Shown here piece by piece: positions 9,100-17,946 of a stretch of DNA of 64,000 bases (within the stretch, counting starts at the first letter, position 1; every line of letters starts with the position of its first letter). The DNA lies in IMG/VR virus record IMGVR_UViG_3300050021_000713, positions 1,500-65,499 of that record, one strand, 5' to 3'. The notes beneath the pieces are model-generated. The model was not told the origin of the DNA, ran no database searches, and worked only from the letters and a program-made list of their open reading frames with translations. The position numbers were made by a program, and so were the translations under genes. This stretch comes from a virus (taxonomy: Duplodnaviria; Caudoviricetes).

Positions 9100-9345
9100 A
9101 TGGCTCTCACCACGGAACAGATCGAAAAGGTCAACCAGGTCCTCAAGAACAAGCTCAACGTCGGTGCAGACAAGCTGGTCCCGACCGCGGACATCGTCGA
9201 GGATCTCGGCGCGGATTCGCTGGATCAGGTCGAGATCATCATGGCCCTCGAAGACGAACTCAACATCGAGATCCCAGACGAGACCGCGGAGAAGATGAAG
9301 ACGGTCCAAAGCACCTACGACGTGCTCAGCTCGCTGCTTTCATAG
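9100..9345 (+). CDS. acpP: acyl carrier protein
   Basis: EDLGADSLDQVEIIMALEDELNIEIPDE with the phosphopantetheine-attachment Ser. Confidence 0.95.
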   Translation: MALTTEQIEKVNQVLKNKLNVGADKLVPTADIVEDLGADSLDQVEIIMALEDELNIEIPDETAEKMKTVQSTYDVLSSLLS

Positions 9346-9373
9346 CAGCAACCACGTTAGGAAGGACACAACG

Positions 9374-10552
9374 ATGTCAGCACTGCTTCAGACGGTACCT
9401 TTCTTTCAGGATCGACACAGCTACATCTACACCGATGTGCTACGGTCCTACTCCGAGCCGTGGCGGCATTTCCACACCATCAAGCACGTTGAGAACATCC
9501 TGCTACGGATCCGTGCTTACGTCGACGATCCGGCCCAGCATGAGACCGGCGAGACCGCGGCGGAGAACATCAACCGCACCCGAGCGTATTTGTTCGCGGC
9601 TGTGTTCCACGACATCGTCTACGAACCTTGGTGCACGGTGCCGGGCAAGAACGAGGCCGAGTCGATCCTGGTCCTGTACCGGCATCTGGAGCACATCGAG
9701 TCCGCGGAGGTACTGCAGATGGCTGCGGATTTGATCCGCGCCACCGGGAACTTGAGCTACGACGGCGGCGATGAGTTCACGAATCGCTTCCTTCTCTGGG
9801 ACCGGGCCTGGATCCTGCAAGCACGCACTGTTACGGACCTGATCCGGAACGGGCATCGGATCTGGCAGGAGTACTCGTTCCACCCATATCACGACTTCGT
9901 GGACGGGCACATGGATATTGTTTCCAAGGTGTACTGGAACAGTCGCGTCTCAGTTGACGATGTTTACGTCGACAAAGAGACGATCGAGGCCTACGGCCAG
10001 TACCTGCAGAACCGGCGACCACGGTTGGCGCTCTACCCAGGGTCGTTCAACCCATATCACATCGGCCACTCCTACATCGCCGCGCAGGCCCAGGCCATGT
10101 TCGACAAGGTGGTGATCGCCACCGGTGTGAACCCGAGCAAGCTGCCGATGTACAACGCCTGGGGTATCATCACGCCAGAACGTGTTGGTCGTGGGAAGTC
10201 GTCGTGGGTGCCACGAAACTTGCTGATGGACGACAAGAGCAATCAGAACTACGAGCATGTGGAATTCGCAGGCATGCTCTCGGATCTGGTTCGTGACTTC
10301 ACCGACCTTGGTTACGACGTTGTGGTGGTCAAGGGCATACGCAACGCCGCGGACTTGGAGTCGGAGATGGTTCAGGCCGAGTTCACGCGCGCCGACAATC
10401 CGGAAGTGAAGTACGCGTACATTCCGTGTCCGGCCGCGCTTGCTCACATCTCCAGCTCCGCGATCCGCACCTTGAAGCAGTTCAGCAAGAACTACGACGA
10501 CTACATCGCCGCCATTACCGACAACGTCGAACAACAGCCGACTCCTGTATGA
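9374..10552 (+). CDS. coaD: HD-domain phosphohydrolase fused to phosphopantetheine adenylyltransferase (CoaD-like)
   Basis: N-terminal YSEPWRHFHT...VFHDIVY; C-terminal ALYPGSFNPYHIGH, FDKVVIA, KGIRNAADLESE, HISSSAIR. Confidence 0.8.
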   Translation: MSALLQTVPFFQDRHSYIYTDVLRSYSEPWRHFHTIKHVENILLRIRAYVDDPAQHETGETAAENINRTRAYLFAAVFHDIVYEPWCTVPGKNEAESILVLYRHLEHIESAEVLQMAADLIRATGNLSYDGGDEFTNRFLLWDRAWILQARTVTDLIRNGHRIWQEYSFHPYHDFVDGHMDIVSKVYWNSRVSVDDVYVDKETIEAYGQYLQNRRPRLALYPGSFNPYHIGHSYIAAQAQAMFDKVVIATGVNPSKLPMYNAWGIITPERVGRGKSSWVPRNLLMDDKSNQNYEHVEFAGMLSDLVRDFTDLGYDVVVVKGIRNAADLESEMVQAEFTRADNPEVKYAYIPCPAALAHISSSAIRTLKQFSKNYDDYIAAITDNVEQQPTPV

Positions 10553-11205
10553 GGGCGCGGGACCTGGTCGTCGTCTGCGGAAAGATCGCGAGCGGGAAGT
10601 CGCGGGCGTGCGCGGACGCGATCAAGGAAACTGACTACCAGGTGTTACAGCTCGATCGCCTCGCCGTGCATCTACGGCTGCACAACGACGAGTTTCGGAA
10701 TGAATTCCGGACCTGGTGTATCGCGATCGGTCTCGAGCATCGCGATCGAGCGCCGGACGTCGACCGTTTCTTGTTCTCGAACATTTTGTTCAATCAGTTC
10801 GCACAGGACTCAGGTTTCCGATTCTTCCGTGCGTACCTGGACATCCAACGCCCGTACCTGCAGTACCACCTGGATCAACTGATCGCCGAAACACCGGCGC
10901 TCATCATCGAGGTTGCTGTTCCTCCGATCATGACCGGGCTCAAACTGCCGCCGCACCGCGGGTTCATCGTCGACGCCGGACTCAACGCCGAGGAGCGTGT
11001 CGCGCTTGTTCAGGCTCGAGGCTCGGCGATGACGGCACCGTTCATTCGAGGCATGTTGCGCTACCAGGAACAGCTGTTTGCTGGATACAACGGCGTCTTG
11101 TGTGGTCTACGCGGTTACGAAACATTCACATCCTACGACGGCAAGGACTGGGTGCCAGGCGACATCTGGGCCTCACGATTTCAACTGCACGGGAACCATC
11201 TATGA
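10549..11205 (+). CDS. dephospho-CoA kinase-like P-loop kinase
   Basis: ATGA-coupled to coaD; VVVCGKIASGKS, LDRLA, IEVAVP, ERVALVQARG...MLRYQ follow the CoaE layout. Confidence 0.65.
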   Translation: MRARDLVVVCGKIASGKSRACADAIKETDYQVLQLDRLAVHLRLHNDEFRNEFRTWCIAIGLEHRDRAPDVDRFLFSNILFNQFAQDSGFRFFRAYLDIQRPYLQYHLDQLIAETPALIIEVAVPPIMTGLKLPPHRGFIVDAGLNAEERVALVQARGSAMTAPFIRGMLRYQEQLFAGYNGVLCGLRGYETFTSYDGKDWVPGDIWASRFQLHGNHL

Positions 11206-11756
11206 ACGACAGCTACAAGCCACCGTTGGAGATCGAACGCAAGTACATCGTGCTTCAGGACGCCTGGCGGAGCTTTCCGATCCAGGAGTCGATCGGAATC
11301 TACCAAGGGTACTTGACCGCTCCGACCATGGACGTAGACGACGGAAACAAGGCTACGGTGCGAGTTCGCTTGATCAACCACGCCAACACCGCCTACGTCA
11401 CGGTCAAGGGTCGTGGTGAGGACGACATTTCGCGCGCAGAATTCGAATACGCGATCCCACATCAAGATGCTCGGTACATGCTCGAGCACTTGTGCGGCGG
11501 CCGTGTGGTGAAGAAGACCCGTCACGTTATCCTGGCCGATGAAAGCATGCCGGGATTGAAGTGGGAAGTCGACGAGTTCCATGGTGAGAACCACGGTCTT
11601 GTGGTCGCCGAGATCGAGATTCCGGATCCGAACTACTCGGTGTCCTGCCCGATCTGGATCAAGGGTGAAGCGACGAAAGCTGAGTACAAACGGTTGTCGA
11701 ACTTCCAGTTGGCGGTTCGCCCGTTCGCGGTGTGGCCCGAGGCCTGGAAGCACTGA
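11202..11756 (+). CDS. CYTH domain (triphosphate tunnel metalloenzyme)
   Basis: EIERKY, VRVR, YVTVKG, EFEY, KTRH, WEVDEF, VAEIE. Confidence 0.9.
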   Translation: MNDSYKPPLEIERKYIVLQDAWRSFPIQESIGIYQGYLTAPTMDVDDGNKATVRVRLINHANTAYVTVKGRGEDDISRAEFEYAIPHQDARYMLEHLCGGRVVKKTRHVILADESMPGLKWEVDEFHGENHGLVVAEIEIPDPNYSVSCPIWIKGEATKAEYKRLSNFQLAVRPFAVWPEAWKH

Positions 11757-11757
11757 C

Positions 11758-12072
11758 GTGGACACCGGTAACGGAACCATCGAGATCAAGCTCACGCTGT
11801 CCACAATCAGGCAGGCGTCGGCGTTTCTGGCCTTCATGGAAGCCAACGGCATCGACGCGCACATCAGCGCCCGCGCCAGGTCCGAATACGTGAAGGGTGA
11901 ACCGGCTCCGTCTCCAGAGGTTTACGCCGCGGAGCGTGTGCTGCAGCGTGGTGGCCTCCGTGTCTACGAGCCGCTGCAGCAGAGCGAGGGCGGCGCGGCC
12001 GTACACCAGATGCTCGGCGGTGCTATGCTGACTTCACGACAGCGCCTTGAAGTTCGTACAGTCGGTGCGTGA
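11758..12072 (+). CDS. hypothetical protein
   Basis: GTG immediately after the CYTH stop. Confidence 0.5.
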   Translation: MDTGNGTIEIKLTLSTIRQASAFLAFMEANGIDAHISARARSEYVKGEPAPSPEVYAAERVLQRGGLRVYEPLQQSEGGAAVHQMLGGAMLTSRQRLEVRTVGA

Positions 12073-12110
12073 TGCCACGTAACTCGTAATGTAGTCTGGT
12101 CAGGTGTGCG

Positions 12111-12138
12111 CGTCTGTGCGAACAGGCGGGTTTGTTTT
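12111..12138 (+). terminator. putative intrinsic terminator
   Basis: CGTCTGT-GCGA-ACAGGCG followed by a T-rich tract. Confidence 0.45.
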
Positions 12139-12139
12139 C

Positions 12140-12212
12140 GCCACCGTAGCTCAGTTGGTAGAGCTACTGATTTGTAATCAGTCGGTCGTAGGTTCGACTC
12201 CTATCGGTGGCT
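12140..12212 (+). tRNA. tRNA-Thr (TGT)
   Basis: GCCACCG/CGGTGGC acceptor, ACTGA-TTTGTAA-TCAGT, TTCGACT. Confidence 0.93.
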
Positions 12213-12225
12213 CTTCGAGAACGCA

Positions 12226-12567
12226 ATGTATTGGACTCGAAAGTCTTTCTTGCATTTTCTGACGCCGGCGTGTAAATTTGCAGGAGTTCCAAAGGACTCT
12301 CGCGTGCTCACGTTTTTATTGCTCCTCCTCTCCGCTTCCAACCCCGTCGTCGCCAAGGATTCCGCTTGTTGTGACACCTTGGTGCTGGACTCTCTCGGTC
12401 GCGAGATCGGAGATGGCAGCACTGTTACGTTGTCTGACGTACGGCGTCTACGCCATGCCGCGCTCCGGATCGCTGATACCAGTACATGCGCTGTCGCTCG
12501 TGATCGTGCGGAAGAGATGGCGTTCGACATGGAAACGATCGTGGTTTCGCTCGAACGGCATCGCTGA
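12226..12567 (+). CDS. hypothetical exported protein (true start possibly GTG12304)
   Basis: Hydrophobic stretch LTFLLLLLSAS; AGGAG upstream of 12304. Confidence 0.45.
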   Translation: MYWTRKSFLHFLTPACKFAGVPKDSRVLTFLLLLLSASNPVVAKDSACCDTLVLDSLGREIGDGSTVTLSDVRRLRHAALRIADTSTCAVARDRAEEMAFDMETIVVSLERHR

Positions 12568-12632
12568 GGAAGTTTCGTCCAATCCTTTGCGTTTCTGTTA
12601 CGAACACCATCAGGTGTTTGTAAATCAAGAAC

Positions 12633-13268
12633 ATGGCCGAGGATCAAACTAAAGCAACACCAAAGCGTAGAGACGCTGTGGTATTTATCGACATCGAGAG
12701 CTACTTCCGGGGTACACGAGAGTGCTTCGGCGCCCGGGTTCCGGACGTCAACATTCAGGTCCTGGCGGAGGAGCTGGCGAAGCTTTCGGACGTGAACCTG
12801 GTGCGCGCGTATTCGTATCTGGTGCTGCCGCCGCGCGCCAGCTGCCCGGATCGGAACAACATGTTCGACCGTGTGATCGAGTGCGCGACGGCTCCGTGGA
12901 GCACTATCCGGGTGTACGACGAACATCCGATGCCACGCCTCTCATTCCGTGATGACGGTGCCCCTGGGCCGGCCGTGCGCGTGCTGGATCATTCCGACGT
13001 GATGGTCGGCATGGCCGTCGACGCCGTCAACGAATTGTTCAGTTACGAAGCGGATTCGTTCCTCTTCGTTTCCAGGGAACACGCGAACGCACGTCTTGCA
13101 TCTCGTCTGCACGAGATCACGAAACAAGAGCGCACATTCGTGCACCTGCGCAGCGCTACATGCTACAACGCCGAACTGAAACCTCCAATTATTAACGGTA
13201 CGGATTGGTTGTACATCACGCAGGAGATGTACGAGGCGGCTCGTCTTCGTCCCGAGGGAAACACGTGA
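12633..13268 (+). CDS. NYN/LabA (PIN-like) domain protein, degenerate
   Basis: AVVFIDIES, LVRAYSY, DVMVGMAVD, FLFVS; the usual SGDxDF is replaced by SREHAN. Confidence 0.6.
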   Translation: MAEDQTKATPKRRDAVVFIDIESYFRGTRECFGARVPDVNIQVLAEELAKLSDVNLVRAYSYLVLPPRASCPDRNNMFDRVIECATAPWSTIRVYDEHPMPRLSFRDDGAPGPAVRVLDHSDVMVGMAVDAVNELFSYEADSFLFVSREHANARLASRLHEITKQERTFVHLRSATCYNAELKPPIINGTDWLYITQEMYEAARLRPEGNT

Positions 13269-14419
13269 GCGTCCTCAACGATCACTATCAGCGTTCTGAC
13301 GCGCAGCTCTACGGTGCTTTCAAGTACCCGACGCTTCGCAACGAAGACGCCGTGCTACTGGCGACATTGATGGATGACTGCTTATACCAAGCTCTCAACG
13401 CTGTGGACACGCACACGAATTGGATCACAACCGAGTACGCGAAACTTGTCGTCGCTACGATCTTCAAAGGCGCCAACAAGTCCAACAAGTCCTACAGCAT
13501 GGTCAGCGATCGCTACTTCGTGACCACGTTACCGCAGACAAGTCACCTGCGCTTCCAGGCAAAATCCTCGTCGGCGTGGCTGCACGTTGTGCGTGACCAA
13601 GTAGCACCATTCCGCGAGATCCACTTGGAGACGCTGTCACGTTTCGAGAAACACTGCTCCGCACTATCGGTGTGGTCCGCGGCCGACAGCACCTACGCGA
13701 AAGTGCAGATGCTGGAGAAAGAGCTCGGTTGCGGTACCGGCGGCTTGTACGGTGCTGTCGCCGAGGCCAAAGCACAGCTTGCGCGCTGTCACGACATCAC
13801 CGCCAGGATGGCACGGCCGTATCTGCGCCGCGTCGTCTCCGAAGCAATGCGCTTCGCCAAGACGAACGACCCGAACGCGTTCTTGGACAACTACCAGAAC
13901 GGTTACTGGGGTGTCATGACCGCGATCGGAAAGTACAACACCCACGTCGGTGCTTTCGCGTACTTCGTTGACATCTGGATCAAGAACAAGATGATCAGCG
14001 GCATCTCGAACGCCAGCAACTCCATGTCGTTGCCGGACCGGGTATGGCGGCACAAGAAGTTCCTGGACGCACATCCGACGAAGACTGTCGGAGAGATCGC
14101 AAAGCTCGAGGGTGTCAGCCCGGATTTGCTGTCGAGCTCGTCACAGCTCTTGGAAGTACGCACGGCGGCTCCACTCATCGAAGAGAACGACGAGAACGCG
14201 GACTCTCTCGACGACTACCACGATCGCGACATCGAAGAGATCGAGAACCACACCCTGGTCTTGGACCAATTGAAGCTGTACACGAAACATCTGTCTGCGC
14301 AGCACCGGCTCGTGCTTGGTCTCGCGTTCGATGTCAATTTGTTCAACGACATTCCACAGGAGGACATTGAGAAGGAAGCGGCCAAGCAACTCTACGTTGC
14401 GCACGCCCGTGCGCACTAA
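13265..14419 (+). CDS. sigma-70-family RNA polymerase sigma factor (phage)
   Basis: Region 2 PYLRRVVSEAMRF..FLDNYQNGYWGVMTAIGKYN...FAYFVDIWIK, then MSLP and region 3 HTH EIAKLEGVS. Confidence 0.8.
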   Translation: MSVLNDHYQRSDAQLYGAFKYPTLRNEDAVLLATLMDDCLYQALNAVDTHTNWITTEYAKLVVATIFKGANKSNKSYSMVSDRYFVTTLPQTSHLRFQAKSSSAWLHVVRDQVAPFREIHLETLSRFEKHCSALSVWSAADSTYAKVQMLEKELGCGTGGLYGAVAEAKAQLARCHDITARMARPYLRRVVSEAMRFAKTNDPNAFLDNYQNGYWGVMTAIGKYNTHVGAFAYFVDIWIKNKMISGISNASNSMSLPDRVWRHKKFLDAHPTKTVGEIAKLEGVSPDLLSSSSQLLEVRTAAPLIEENDENADSLDDYHDRDIEEIENHTLVLDQLKLYTKHLSAQHRLVLGLAFDVNLFNDIPQEDIEKEAAKQLYVAHARAH

Positions 14420-14479
14420 CAACACTGCGAAAACTGTGACACGCCTGTGCCGTAAACTCGGCCCGCGCATTCAAAAACT

Positions 14480-15910
14480 ATGGAGATGACTATGTCAGGA
14501 TGGGAAAACTTCGGCGAGAGGCAAAAGCAGACGTACTGGGATTCGAGCCTGGATGTCTTCGACCACACAAAATTTGCTGGTGTGGACGTGGAGATGCGTC
14601 TGATCACCGAAATTCCGTTCGTGTACGTCACGCACTGGGTCTATCGTGACCTCATCGACGCCTGGCTGCACGCCAACGACCGGGAAGCGCTGAAAGCCAA
14701 GTACAAAGGCAAGCTCTCAGGCAAGACCGGGCCGAAGAAGAAAAGCTGGGAATGCTTGGACTTCAACCACGAAACTCGCAGGTCCGATCGCTGCAACGAT
14801 CCGCTCTGCACGACGTACTCCCGGTACATCGAGATCCCGGATCCGACGTCGCTGTTCCAAGCTTTCTGGCGGGTGCCCTCAAGCCCGAACGCGCAGTTGC
14901 GGAACTGGCAAGCAGCGAAGGTCTTCCGCTTCGGCCGCGGCGCCGCGGAGAAGCTCGGAACTGTTATCCGAGATCAAGGCAAGCTGATCGCGGATCCGGA
15001 CAAGGGCTACTCCATCTACACCACGTACACGGCAAACCAGGGTGCGAACACGTGGTCGGTTCGGTTCGGTTCACGCTCTGTACTACCTCCGGCGATGCGT
15101 GCCGCCATCCCGAAGTCCTTGATCAATTTCGCGGACTTGTACCAGAAGCCGACGGTGCAGGAAGTCGAGGATTGGCTGCTTTCGGCCGGCTACCCGAAAC
15201 TTCTGGACCCGAATTTCGTTCCCACGGCTCAAGGCCAGGGCGGCCAGGGCGGCCAAGCTGGTTTCGGTGGTCAAGGAGCAGGATACCCGCCAGCAGCGCC
15301 TGGCGGCTACCCACCTGGTGGTCGTGCACCTGCACGTCAGCAGCCTGGTGCCGGCTATCCGCCTGTTGCACCTGGTGGCTTCCCTGCCGCTGGCGGCTAC
15401 GCAACCCAGGACGCGGGTTACGAGGGTTTCACCACGGACGAGTTCGCGCCCGGCCAAGACGCTGGCTTCCAGGATCCGAACGCCGGTCTCCAAGACCCAG
15501 GTTTCAGTGGCGGTGACTTCGGCGTCGCTGGTGGCGACTTCGGACCTGCCGGCGGTTTCGACGATCAAGGTTTTGCTGGTGCTGGTGCTTTTCCGCAAGA
15601 CGGAGGCTTTGGTGGCGACGAGTTTGACGCCGTTCCAGAACTTCCACCGGCACAGCCGCAGCTACGCCAGCCTGCGCAACAGCTGCGGCCACAAGCTCCA
15701 GCAGCCAGGCCACCGATGCCGGGGCAGCAGCCGCTGCAACGGCCGCAAGTTCCAATGGCTCCGCGTCCTGGTATTGCACAAGCTCCTCGGCAGCCAATGC
15801 CGGGGCAACAGTCGATGCCGCGTCCGGTAGCGCCTCCTGGCTACCAGCAGCCAGGTGCAAGGCCTATGCCTCGTCCCGCGGCGCCTCCGCAGCAGCCCGG
15901 GCGTCGCTGA
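14480..15910 (+). CDS. putative single-stranded DNA-binding protein with long G/P/Q low-complexity tail
   Basis: About 250 aa globular N-domain (H, C...C..LC, IADPDKGYSI resembling gp32-type SSBs), then about 225 aa of disordered tail; recombination-gene context. Confidence 0.55.
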   Translation: MEMTMSGWENFGERQKQTYWDSSLDVFDHTKFAGVDVEMRLITEIPFVYVTHWVYRDLIDAWLHANDREALKAKYKGKLSGKTGPKKKSWECLDFNHETRRSDRCNDPLCTTYSRYIEIPDPTSLFQAFWRVPSSPNAQLRNWQAAKVFRFGRGAAEKLGTVIRDQGKLIADPDKGYSIYTTYTANQGANTWSVRFGSRSVLPPAMRAAIPKSLINFADLYQKPTVQEVEDWLLSAGYPKLLDPNFVPTAQGQGGQGGQAGFGGQGAGYPPAAPGGYPPGGRAPARQQPGAGYPPVAPGGFPAAGGYATQDAGYEGFTTDEFAPGQDAGFQDPNAGLQDPGFSGGDFGVAGGDFGPAGGFDDQGFAGAGAFPQDGGFGGDEFDAVPELPPAQPQLRQPAQQLRPQAPAARPPMPGQQPLQRPQVPMAPRPGIAQAPRQPMPGQQSMPRPVAPPGYQQPGARPMPRPAAPPQQPGRR

Positions 15911-15925
15911 GTTGTAGAGTCTCTG

Positions 15926-15958
15926 AACACGCCGGCTAACTACCGGCGTGTTTTCTTT
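15926..15958 (+). terminator. intrinsic terminator
   Basis: AACACGCCGG-ctaacta-CCGGCGTGTT followed by TTCTTT. Confidence 0.75.
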
Positions 15959-15969
15959 CCGGGGGATTT

Positions 15970-16224
15970 GTGGAACAAGCGACCGCTGTTTTGCTGTACG
16001 TGGACAGATTGACAGACAATGTGGAAACAGCAGTAGCCACGCTGACGCATTTGCAACGCATCCAAGCCGATGCTCAGGTGTGCACGGCATTTCAAGTGGT
16101 ACGGTTGCCGACGTTGATTCTGTACAACGAAGGGCACGAGGAAACCGCTCGGGCGTTCGGAAACCTCAACATTCTCGAGCTTGTTCGCCAAGCTATCTCG
16201 ACGACCGATGCTGATCGTTGTTGA
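15970..16224 (+). CDS. thioredoxin-fold protein lacking CxxC
   Basis: FQVVRLPTLILYNEGHEETARAFG matches the thioredoxin C-terminal half; no WCxxC. Confidence 0.5.
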   Translation: MEQATAVLLYVDRLTDNVETAVATLTHLQRIQADAQVCTAFQVVRLPTLILYNEGHEETARAFGNLNILELVRQAISTTDADRC

Positions 16225-17944
16225 CAGTCCAAGGAAGATCACGACGCTGAAGCCTTGGTTTTCCAAGGACAAGTTGATCTCCGTTGAATTTCCGCTCTAC
16301 ACCAGGTTCAAGCGTGGTCGTATCCGTGTCGATACCTGGCCGGATTTGAAGGTTTTCTCCAGGCCTGAGATCACACAGGTGCAGAAGTCAGCCGTTGGTT
16401 CGGACGTGCTCTGCATACTCGACGATACTGCGTATGGTCGTGTACAGGCTCGAGACCTGGCGTTGGCGTTGGCGGACTTGAACAACACGGTTTCGTTCAA
16501 GTTCGTAAAGGCGTATACGCGCGAGGCAATTGAATCCGCAGCTGCTGTGGCCGACGTTCCGGAAGACTGCGACATCCGTTACACAGTCAACAGGATCGTC
16601 AGCGCCCGTGTCGAGGAGCTCCTCGAGGCTTATTGCGGTGACGACAGCTCGATGTCGTTGACGTGGCAACAAGCTCACGTTCTTGGTGCTATTCGGCGCG
16701 CTTCTTCTGGGAGTCCGAAGCTCATTGACGTGTTCCAAGATCAAGCGCAACGTGTGTACAAAGGAACATTCGATGAAAGTGCAGAGCCCGCCGTCTCCGG
16801 GCTCAAGATCACATTTCGTCCGGTTCGCAAGTCCGTGCTTGACCTGGCCACGGAAGACATCGACTTCGACATTTTGTATCAGGCCTTGGATCGCTTGCGT
16901 GCCTCCGGCTACATCGCAGTGTCCGAAGGCCTGTTTGAATCACCAGTTTTCGACGACATCGCTGAAGAAGTCAGAACGCATCTACTCAGCCTCAACGTTG
17001 ACGGCTTAGCGGAACCCGTAGTACCTGGCTTCTTCGTAACCAATCTAGCGCGCGACATCGCGAAAGTTCCGGAATCAGATCTCGTACGCAAAGTGTACCA
17101 TATGATCTGGAACGACACACTACTTGGTTGCTGCGGACCTGTGTGTGTTGATGCAGTACGCGCTTGCATCTCTGGCTTGGAGACGTTGTACGCGTGCCCT
17201 GAGCGTCAGACTTGGCTCGCGATCTCCGGCGTCGTTGTGAGTTCAGAGGCGCTTCCCGCGAGCTTACCTGCGGCTGCAGTTCGACGCCAGCTCGAGATTC
17301 CATGCGCCACGAACAGAACACTTGCGGTTGCTGCTTCGGAAGCTGGGTTCACCAGTCGCGATTTGTGGAGTGCGTGCTCCTACTTGTTGCGCAAAAAGTT
17401 TGTTCTGCGTCAGCAAGGCCGGTGGTATTTGACGTCACGTGCGTGCATGTCACTTCATGTTCTGGAACACACGTTTCCGGACGCGATCAACGGCCGCCTC
17501 TCCGGGCACGTGCAACGTCTTACGGATTTTCACAACCGCAGCACGAACAACAGCGAAAGCGTTCGTAACCTCGAGACCATGTCCGAGATCAAGAACTACC
17601 TGTCGGAGAATTCGAACACCGTCGACGCGAACGATATGTGGATCGCACTCGCTGGAAACGCGGAACCGCATGTGTCCGCGAACGCCGCCTGGGTGGAAGA
17701 AACAGGAGCGGCACGTGGTATTGTGTTCGACGGTGCCACCGACGAATTTCAGCTTGTGTCGCCGGACCAGAAGGTTTTGGATCCATGTCCGAAGTGCGAG
17801 GCTGATCTTGTAAATAAAGGAAGCATTGCTGGCATACGAGAGTATGTCGTGTCAACTGAGCTGAGCCCTACATATGAGACAACAACCAGATGCGCTTCTT
17901 GTGGCGGCGTACGCCCCTTGCTTGGCATCTTGGAAAGGACCTGA
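16208..17944 (+). CDS. type IA topoisomerase-like protein, catalytically degenerate
   Basis: Colinear eroded TopA motifs LIVVDSPRK, LDDTAYGR, YTREAI, LRASGYI, VYHMIW, LRKKFV...LT, plus C-terminal CPKC/CASC Zn ribbon. Confidence 0.65.
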   Translation: MLIVVDSPRKITTLKPWFSKDKLISVEFPLYTRFKRGRIRVDTWPDLKVFSRPEITQVQKSAVGSDVLCILDDTAYGRVQARDLALALADLNNTVSFKFVKAYTREAIESAAAVADVPEDCDIRYTVNRIVSARVEELLEAYCGDDSSMSLTWQQAHVLGAIRRASSGSPKLIDVFQDQAQRVYKGTFDESAEPAVSGLKITFRPVRKSVLDLATEDIDFDILYQALDRLRASGYIAVSEGLFESPVFDDIAEEVRTHLLSLNVDGLAEPVVPGFFVTNLARDIAKVPESDLVRKVYHMIWNDTLLGCCGPVCVDAVRACISGLETLYACPERQTWLAISGVVVSSEALPASLPAAAVRRQLEIPCATNRTLAVAASEAGFTSRDLWSACSYLLRKKFVLRQQGRWYLTSRACMSLHVLEHTFPDAINGRLSGHVQRLTDFHNRSTNNSESVRNLETMSEIKNYLSENSNTVDANDMWIALAGNAEPHVSANAAWVEETGAARGIVFDGATDEFQLVSPDQKVLDPCPKCEADLVNKGSIAGIREYVVSTELSPTYETTTRCASCGGVRPLLGILERT

Positions 17945-17946
17945 AC

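Noticed and set aside
7608-11756. Bacterial chromosomal origin of the housekeeping-like genes
   Set aside because: Same strand, codon style and tight packing as the flanking phage genes; the CoaD fusion and CoaE are divergent and the gene order is not a typical bacterial operon. An assembly chimera cannot be fully excluded without reads.
12074-12100. GCCACGTAACTCGTAATGTAG resembling the 5' end of the adjacent tRNA-Thr
   Set aside because: Too short and degenerate to support a tRNA remnant call.
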